From a virus: a stretch of 64,000 bases of DNA. The DNA lies in the IMG/VR virus record IMGVR_UViG_3300032011_003089, positions 4,930-68,929 of that record. One strand, written 5' to 3'. A program made the position numbers and the translations under genes. The notes below the pieces were generated by a model. The model did not search any database and was not told where the DNA came from. It was given only the letters and a program-made list of their open reading frames with translations. Below are positions 57,914 through 64,000 of the stretch, piece by piece; position 1 is the stretch's first letter, and each line of letters opens with the position of its first letter.

Positions 57914-58399
57914 TTACTTATTAGTTCTTAATTCGCTAGTCGTTGGGCTGTCAACTGGGGTGGCTGTATCATCCCCTGCGACCTGAATCGGTGAAGCTTT
58001 ACCTAATTTATAACTAGCAATTTCTCTGTTAAGCTCCAGTTGCTCTTGATTTTTAATTGAGGTATATACCTTGCTGGTCTCGTTTCTATTGGCCTTTTTA
58101 ACGTAAGAGCCATCTGAGCCCACCTCAACGATAGTATCCAAAGCCACGGCACCAAGGGTGGCTCTAATCTTTAGGCTATAATAATGTATGCTATAAAGCC
58201 TCTTTAATATTGATTTCTCTTGAATTCCTGGGTCTGGGCTAATCTCCAAGGTTGTCGTGTCAATCGCGTATTCCGTGTGAAGCAGGTTATTCAACGAGCC
58301 CACATTTACCCTAATCCAAAAAGCAATCTGCGGAATAGACACATCTTTCGGTTGGTCTAATTCGCGGAAAATTTCATCAGCTATGTCTACAATCTTCAT
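57914..58399 (-). CDS. Putative head-tail adaptor
   Basis: Helical ORF heading the head-tail/tail cluster, with GTGTAA motif at 58408-58416. Confidence 0.45.
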   Translation of the reverse strand: MKIVDIADEIFRELDQPKDVSIPQIAFWIRVNVGSLNNLLHTEYAIDTTTLEISPDPGIQEKSILKRLYSIHYYSLKIRATLGAVALDTIVEVGSDGSYVKKANRNETSKVYTSIKNQEQLELNREIASYKLGKASPIQVAGDDTATPVDSPTTSELRTNK

Positions 58400-58421
58400 A
58401 CCTATTTAATTTACACCTATT

Positions 58422-58964
58422 TCAATATTTTCTTTTATGCTTTTTATGGTCCGTAATCAGCATACTTACCCATTTTTCTAGGTTTTCTTGGTCTATACTA
58501 AAGCCTTTATCCATGTATCTCAATAATCTTTTGGCCTTATTTACATAGAATTTATTGGGATGATTGCCAATATAATGTATTTCTTTCTCTTGTAGGTCCT
58601 TAAAGTAATTTGGGTGATGGACGAATTTCTCATTTTTATCCACCGCGATAGAACAAACAGTATAGTCAAAGTTGTCTATAGTCTCCTGCGCGGTTTCTCC
58701 TATAGAGCAGAGGTCGTAGGAGTTTCCCTTGTATTTCATGCAGAATCCAGACGGATATTCATAGGTCACTTTGCCGCCCAAATTGATTAGCTTGTTCTTA
58801 CCTTTGACGGTTAGCTTTTCGGAGGGGAAGAATATATCTATATCCCTAATCTTTCTACCCAAGAAGAAATCCGTTATGGCTCCTCCAGCTATCCAACAAT
58901 CAGAGTTGAATTCTGAAAGGATATCAAATTTAATCTTTTTAAGGTTTGTTTCTGTAAGGTTCAT
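58422..58964 (-). CDS. Nucleotidyltransferase (CCA/poly(A) polymerase head-like)
   Basis: WIAGGAITD...RDIDIFF, FDYTVC, R..RY..KGF. Confidence 0.8.
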   Translation of the reverse strand: MNLTETNLKKIKFDILSEFNSDCWIAGGAITDFFLGRKIRDIDIFFPSEKLTVKGKNKLINLGGKVTYEYPSGFCMKYKGNSYDLCSIGETAQETIDNFDYTVCSIAVDKNEKFVHHPNYFKDLQEKEIHYIGNHPNKFYVNKAKRLLRYMDKGFSIDQENLEKWVSMLITDHKKHKRKY

Positions 58965-59710
58965 TTTTTATTTATTTGGTGTCTGTATTTCTTAGAGATA
59001 AAATGTAGTGTGTCGTACAATTCTTCTTGCAGAATTTCTCTTCCTAAAAAATTCTGTAGCCTTGGAGTTTTTTGGTTCACCTGTGCTTGTCTGTACCGAG
59101 GAAGGGAAGAGGTGCTAAATATCGTATTGGCAGTAAACAGCTTTGTAGCATCTGCTATACTTCTTAAATCTTTGGCGCACAGCTCGTTTACGTGACCCTT
59201 TCGGCTAACGGTAGGAAAAGAAACTTGAATAAAATCATTTGTTAAAACTTTTAGTAATGCTAAAGGGCACACTCGGTTACGGGTAGATACGTAAAAAGTA
59301 CCATTAGGCTTTAAAACTCTGTAAGCTTCTTTCCAAAAATTAAGTATTCCATCCCAATTAAGCATCCCGCCGTCATGCATTAACCAAAAATGCTCTATGG
59401 CTTCGTGACAACCAACCAAATCGAAAGAATCATTATCGTAAGGTAATTTTCCAATTCTTATATCTAAATTCCCACGCGTGATGTAATTATATTCTACATC
59501 GCAAAGGGAAAGGGTATACTCTTTAAAAGAATAATTTTTTCTATCACTTCCTCCTATGTCTAGTATTTTTTGACCTTTATGAGTTAACTCGCTAGTTTTT
59601 ACTACGGTGCTATAAATTCTTTTTTTTCCATTTTTGACATAATGATATTTTTTCCCATCTTCGATAAGTTTCCTTGCTAATTTAATTTTTTTTAAATTAT
59701 CTAAGTTCAT
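58961..59710 (-). CDS. Class I SAM-dependent methyltransferase
   Basis: ILDIGG, LPYDNDSFDLV..EAIEH, EAYRVLKPNGTFYVST. Confidence 0.85.
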   Translation of the reverse strand: MNLDNLKKIKLARKLIEDGKKYHYVKNGKKRIYSTVVKTSELTHKGQKILDIGGSDRKNYSFKEYTLSLCDVEYNYITRGNLDIRIGKLPYDNDSFDLVGCHEAIEHFWLMHDGGMLNWDGILNFWKEAYRVLKPNGTFYVSTRNRVCPLALLKVLTNDFIQVSFPTVSRKGHVNELCAKDLRSIADATKLFTANTIFSTSSLPRYRQAQVNQKTPRLQNFLGREILQEELYDTLHFISKKYRHQINKK

Positions 59711-61401
59711 AAGTATTTTAAATACCTTTTATACTCTGGATGGCTTTCTACCATAGAGTGTGTTTCTTTGGAGATTTCGCCTCGGTCTAAATAGGCTTTA
59801 TACCCCTCGCTTTTTGAGATGTTCCGTTTTCTCAGGGGGGCATATAGGTGTTGAAAGTTGTCTAACAAAAACGAGCCAAAATTTTTGTCGTTAAATTCTG
59901 CTACGTGCTGTATGTCGTCTATATAGTCTGGCAGCACCCATAAATACTGCGCCCCCTTACCGCTTATCATACCGCGAACAAAATCATCCAAGCTAACATT
60001 ATATGGATTGTCTTGTCCAGATATATACTTTAACTCCTCCGTCAAAGGCTCTCTCAAGGCCTGAGCGCTTTTGTCTTCGGAGTCCCATCTATCCCACTGG
60101 CTCTGCGCCCAAAAGTATAACGAACACATTATGTCTTTAGGGTTTCTTATAAACATAAACGTTAACCAGCCGTTGTCATTAAATTTTTTAACAGATTCCT
60201 TAGTCCAGTTTATGTGGTGATTATGTGTTAGCGCTTCTTCTACGTTGGCGTCAGCTATTTCCAGCAGCTCTTCTTCAGTCCAATCTCTAGTCAGAGCTCT
60301 TTTATTTTTGTAGTTAAAATCCCACCAAGAGTTAAAATGTTTCATGCGCGGGAAAACCTGCTCTCTTATGTAGTGCTGTATGTAGACTCCAGCGGCTTTA
60401 CCGAAATGTATGAATGCAAGTTTTCTATTGCAGTCGGGGTTGTAGTGTTTTCTTAAGTGGCTATTTATAATTGGTTTGTTTTTTGTTTGAGATAAGGCGT
60501 AATCCTTTGTTGTTTTATTTAGCCTTATTAGCTCCAACCCTCTTCCCGCACTGCCTAATTCAGAGATATGAGTATGAACAGACTTAGCTTCAATTGGTAA
60601 AGCCTCGCCTCTCCAAAATCCTACATTGTGCCGCTTGTTGAATGTTTGTATATTATAATAATCGGATATCCTGTTCATACATTCCTGCTCGAAAAAAGTA
60701 GAGTCAGTCAAATACAAGTGCCTCCAAAACCTTGGAAATCCTTTATTCGCGCAAAATAAATATCCCGCATTATAAAATCCGAATTCAAATCCTTTATGCT
60801 GTTTTTCCTTTGGGTAAAAGTGCGGCGATAAAACGATTTCCGCCGTGAAGTATTCTTGCAAATTATCCAAAACTATAATATCAGTGTCTAGAAAAAAAGT
60901 GTTATCGTGGAGTTTTAAGGCGAAGTCCATAGCCTCCATCTTCTTCACGATGGAAGGCGCATGATGGATATCGTTAGCCACGCAAGAGTGACCTTCGAAA
61001 ACTTTTTCTTGTATAGCGTCTAGATGCTCTTTTTCCGCGCTTGTTTTAAATTTAACATTATCGCATAATTGCATCTTATTTAAATGAATTCTAGTTTCTT
61101 TATCGCAAATGATATAAACAGGCTCATCGTGAAAAAGTCTCAAAGTCCTTAGTAAAACTTCAGCCTCATCTTTGAGGTTTGCTGTGGCGACGAAGCAAAA
61201 GCTTTCTATTTTGTGGTATTTTTTAGGCTCATGCTTCGGGGGCGAATTTTCTAACCAAAACTTTTTCGGAGTAGAGTCAAGCTTTAATTGGTCTGAAACC
61301 GCATCGTTAAACACGGAAAGGTTTTTGGGTTCAAATAAGCCTTCCCCTAGACTACGCAAACCAATTTCTTGGTTGTTGTATTTTAGCCTCGGCTGCTCCA
61401 T
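59707..61401 (-). CDS. Glycosyltransferase (GT-A, DXD) fused to sulfotransferase-like domain
   Basis: FFLDTD, LSPHF, GFYNAG, FEQ, HNVGFWR; FIHFGKAAG (5'-PSB-like) and FIRNPKDIMCSLY (3'-PB-like). Confidence 0.75.
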   Translation of the reverse strand: MEQPRLKYNNQEIGLRSLGEGLFEPKNLSVFNDAVSDQLKLDSTPKKFWLENSPPKHEPKKYHKIESFCFVATANLKDEAEVLLRTLRLFHDEPVYIICDKETRIHLNKMQLCDNVKFKTSAEKEHLDAIQEKVFEGHSCVANDIHHAPSIVKKMEAMDFALKLHDNTFFLDTDIIVLDNLQEYFTAEIVLSPHFYPKEKQHKGFEFGFYNAGYLFCANKGFPRFWRHLYLTDSTFFEQECMNRISDYYNIQTFNKRHNVGFWRGEALPIEAKSVHTHISELGSAGRGLELIRLNKTTKDYALSQTKNKPIINSHLRKHYNPDCNRKLAFIHFGKAAGVYIQHYIREQVFPRMKHFNSWWDFNYKNKRALTRDWTEEELLEIADANVEEALTHNHHINWTKESVKKFNDNGWLTFMFIRNPKDIMCSLYFWAQSQWDRWDSEDKSAQALREPLTEELKYISGQDNPYNVSLDDFVRGMISGKGAQYLWVLPDYIDDIQHVAEFNDKNFGSFLLDNFQHLYAPLRKRNISKSEGYKAYLDRGEISKETHSMVESHPEYKRYLKYL

Positions 61402-61628
61402 AAGGGGTGATTATTGAGAATCTGACTAATCTCTTCCTTGTTAAACTCTTCGAGCCCTACTGCGTCTTGAGTTATATTGAATATAAATTCTGGTTGCTCT
61501 CCCTCATATTTTAATAGAAAGTATTCGCCATCCAAAGAGCGCCTGACAGATTTGCGATTATCCTGCTGAACAAGACTAAAGTCAACATAATCTATATATT
61601 TGTATGGTACTATTACGAATTTCTTCAT
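61383..61628 (-). CDS. Hypothetical protein (small, fibre-associated)
   Basis: VDFSLV...SVRRSLDG..FLLKYEGEQP; follows LamG gene. Confidence 0.6.
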   Translation of the reverse strand: MKKFVIVPYKYIDYVDFSLVQQDNRKSVRRSLDGEYFLLKYEGEQPEFIFNITQDAVGLEEFNKEEISQILNNHPLWSSRG

Positions 61629-62431
61629 GCTGTGTATGTTGCTCCGTAAGTTCTACTGTTGTTTATAGAGTGGCTTGCCAGAAAGTTTTGTCTTAATTGA
61701 GAGTTTTTTAAAGCTAAATCGTAAACATGTACATGACCAAGTTTAATTGTGCCACCGGAATAAGTTGAGGTGCCAGCATCTCTTCCTATCAGAAGCTCTG
61801 TGCCTGAAGAGCCATAAAGACCCGAATTGGCAATGGTTGCAGAGCCGACAAAAGACCCGTACACAAAGAAGCTCCAATCATTACTGCCATCATAAACAAG
61901 CGATATGTAATACCAAGTATTATCAGCAAAAGTATAATCAAATTCTACGGGAGTTTCGGCACCTACGGTTAACTTAGCTTTATTAGCGGTTCCTCCAGAT
62001 TGACTAACAATCAGCTTCGCTACGGTCCCGGTGGTGACGTGCAAACAAAAGGCTACATGCTCAATTCCGTTTTTGTTTTTAAACCATTGAGCCACAGTAA
62101 ATGCGTTAGATGTATCCATGCTAAAAGGAGTTCCTTCATATGTGTCGTCAGCTCTCGGCCCAAGCCAGTCATCTTCGTCAAAATCCATAACTGCTGGAGG
62201 ACCGCTTTCGGCGTCCACACCATCAGTAGCAGCATTGAGTTTGTTATTTCTTCCAAGATGATTACCACCGCTAACTTGGTTGTCCCATTTATGGACGTTA
62301 GAAACGCCTACGCCCGGTCTCCATTCTCCAATTAAATTACTACTTCCGTTTCCATTGGCATCTGTAACAATAGCATCAGACTGTTGACCTAATGTTTTGA
62401 CTAGACCAGTTTTGTGGGCATGAATAGACAT
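61625..62431 (-). CDS. LamG/concanavalin-like virion protein
   Basis: FTVAQWF, NTWYYISLVYDG, LLIGR, HVYDLAL. Confidence 0.75.
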   Translation of the reverse strand: MSIHAHKTGLVKTLGQQSDAIVTDANGNGSSNLIGEWRPGVGVSNVHKWDNQVSGGNHLGRNNKLNAATDGVDAESGPPAVMDFDEDDWLGPRADDTYEGTPFSMDTSNAFTVAQWFKNKNGIEHVAFCLHVTTGTVAKLIVSQSGGTANKAKLTVGAETPVEFDYTFADNTWYYISLVYDGSNDWSFFVYGSFVGSATIANSGLYGSSGTELLIGRDAGTSTYSGGTIKLGHVHVYDLALKNSQLRQNFLASHSINNSRTYGATYTA

Positions 62432-62433
62432 GA

Positions 62434-63999
62434 TTAATCTTCAACTGCATAGCTACAAACAACATCGGACTCATTCGTGCCGAAGCATGTCATACTTAAG
62501 ATTGCGATTTTATTTGCGGCGATGCTCGCGGGTTCCTCTCCAACAAATTTCCAATCGTCATGAAAAGACAAGTCCCTTTTGGTGGCGGCTCCATCACAAA
62601 CTATTCTAACAACCATTGACCTGCCAGCCTCTTTGTTTCCTACTGGGGTACTAAAGTCTGCATCACCATTAAGAGTTACTGTTTGTAGGGGTTCGTGTTC
62701 GAAATCTAAATCAACATTACCGCCAGCGCTATGAGTCTTTACTGCTGTTTTTATAGACTTGGCTATGTAAAGGCCATTTGTATCATCAAAAGTTAAGCTT
62801 GCTTCGGCGTCTAACTCGGTAGTTGTAGAAGCAACGGTTACAAGCTCGTTTGCCGTGGCGTTATTAAGGGCGGTTACCGCACAAATGCCGCCCCCCGTAA
62901 CACTTGTTACAACTGTTTGGCTGTACCTCGATTCGCCGGGCAGCCCAGTTGTCGAAGGCGTAAATGTAGTACCGCTAGGATACCTGCATAATTTGGATAT
63001 GCGGAACTCATCAATATAACCGCCCCAAAAGCTTCCGTGTCCGCTTTGACCACGAGCACCGATAAGAACAGGGTAGGCGTGGTCTGTCAACGCGCCTGAA
63101 TCTGTTTGAGCCGCGCCAGATAAGGACACGCCATCTAAGTAGATGTAGAAGTTGTTGCCATGTCTCGTCAACGCAACATGATGCCACGTATTGTTAGTAA
63201 TAGTTGCCAGATTATAGTTATCAATTACATTCGTTTGATTTCCGCCAGTACCACAAGTGGCTACTAATTTAAGACCTGAATCATCTAGAACCGCTACCCA
63301 AAACGGACTGAAACCATTACCAGCTCCAGAGCCTCTATCAAAAATAGTAGAATATTGCGGTGCTGTCGCTTGGTCATAATAGAACCAACACTCAATTGTA
63401 AAATCATCTGAGCCGAAATCCCAATCTGGAGAATCAGCCATAGTAACGTAGTCGCTGTCGCCGTCCAGAAGAAGACTTGTTGACCCAAATTTCTTCTGCG
63501 CTGTGGAAAGCTGCGCAGTACCCACCATAGTGGGGGTGTGACGGCTTTCGCTATCGTCCTCCGTTGTCGTTTGCGCGTTTGAGCCTTCGAAATGCAACAG
63601 AGCCATAACATCGAAGTAGTTGTCGTCAGATGATACCGTTGTATAAATATCTTCCGTGGCGACGGTAATCGCTCCGCCATCGGCCCCCGTGGGTCCTGCG
63701 GCTCCCGTGGCTCCAGCGGCTCCAGTAGCTCCAGCGGCTCCAGCAGAACCGTTACTACCTGCTGCGCCAGCGGCTCCCGTGGGTCCTGCGGCTCCAGTAG
63801 CTCCAGCGGCTCCAGCAGAACCGTTACTACCTGCTGCGCCAGCGGCTCCCGTGGGTCCTGCGGCTCCTGCGGCTCCTGCGGCTCCCGTAGCACCTGCGGC
63901 TCCAGCAGCGCCATCGCTGCCGTTACTGCCCGCTGCGCCAGCGGCTCCCGTGGGTCCTGCGGCTCCTGCGGCTCCTGTAGCGCCAGCGGCACCAGCAGC
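62434..63999 (-). CDS. Collagen-repeat + LamG tail fibre, 5'-truncated by window edge
   Basis: Frame of ORF 62434-63606 stays open upstream through Gly-X-Y repeats (GAA/GPT/GAT/GSN) to the edge; LamG: DFTIECWFY, NTWHHVALTR, GYIDEFRIS. Confidence 0.85.
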   Translation of the reverse strand, partial: AAGAAGATGAAGAAGPTGAAGAAGSNGSDGAAGAAGATGAAGAAGAAGPTGAAGAAGSNGSAGAAGATGAAGPTGAAGAAGSNGSAGAAGATGAAGATGAAGPTGADGGAITVATEDIYTTVSSDDNYFDVMALLHFEGSNAQTTTEDDSESRHTPTMVGTAQLSTAQKKFGSTSLLLDGDSDYVTMADSPDWDFGSDDFTIECWFYYDQATAPQYSTIFDRGSGAGNGFSPFWVAVLDDSGLKLVATCGTGGNQTNVIDNYNLATITNNTWHHVALTRHGNNFYIYLDGVSLSGAAQTDSGALTDHAYPVLIGARGQSGHGSFWGGYIDEFRISKLCRYPSGTTFTPSTTGLPGESRYSQTVVTSVTGGGICAVTALNNATANELVTVASTTTELDAEASLTFDDTNGLYIAKSIKTAVKTHSAGGNVDLDFEHEPLQTVTLNGDADFSTPVGNKEAGRSMVVRIVCDGAATKRDLSFHDDWKFVGEEPASIAANKIAILSMTCFGTNESDVVCSYAVED

Positions 64000-64000
64000 G
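63673..64000 (-). repeat. Collagen-coding 9-bp periodic repeat including a 72-bp tandem duplication
   Basis: GC-rich period-9 sequence; the unit starting at 63721 recurs at 63793. Confidence 0.85.

Noticed and set aside
63294-63992. 232-aa EPQEPQDPREPL repeat ORF
   Set aside because: Alternative frame of the collagen Gly-X-Y repeat; the collagen frame is continuous with the LamG gene
1-64000. Alternative genetic code
   Set aside because: Genes tile densely under the standard code, and TAA, TAG and TGA all terminate recognisable genes at expected positions

Overview
This window is a segment of a large tailed dsDNA bacteriophage genome (siphovirus-like, lambda-type tail tip), standard genetic code, densely coding, with no CRISPR array, rRNA or tRNA detected. 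1-6.6 kb (+): sugar and glycan genes (neuB partial, GT32, methyltransferases, neuA, Maf/MptE-like, rmlB, gmd). 6.6-21.3 kb (+): replication and recombination genes (recA, a complete tmRNA with a 34-codon tag, endonuclease, dnaB, primase, PD-(D/E)XK exonuclease, a DnaE split into stand-alone PHP and catalytic genes with a DnaQ-like exonuclease between them, SSB-like, two glycosyltransferases, Rad52-like). 21.3-64 kb: virion genes, mostly on the minus strand (IPT/TIG proteins, an inverted gpM-L-K-I-J block on +, a 5136-aa tape measure protein, tail tube, head-tail proteins, nucleotidyltransferase, methyltransferase, GT-sulfotransferase, LamG and collagen fibre). The main finding is in the tape measure protein. 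Seven copies of a G-[FLH]-[VI]-P-N-[FL] motif divide about 1650 aa into cassettes carrying enzyme-like domains (P-loop kinase plus TxGH nucleotidyltransferase, two PD-(D/E)XK-like, one possible ADP-ribosyltransferase), which suggests a processed, co-injected effector polyprotein. All annotations come from motif recognition by eye; no database searches were run.
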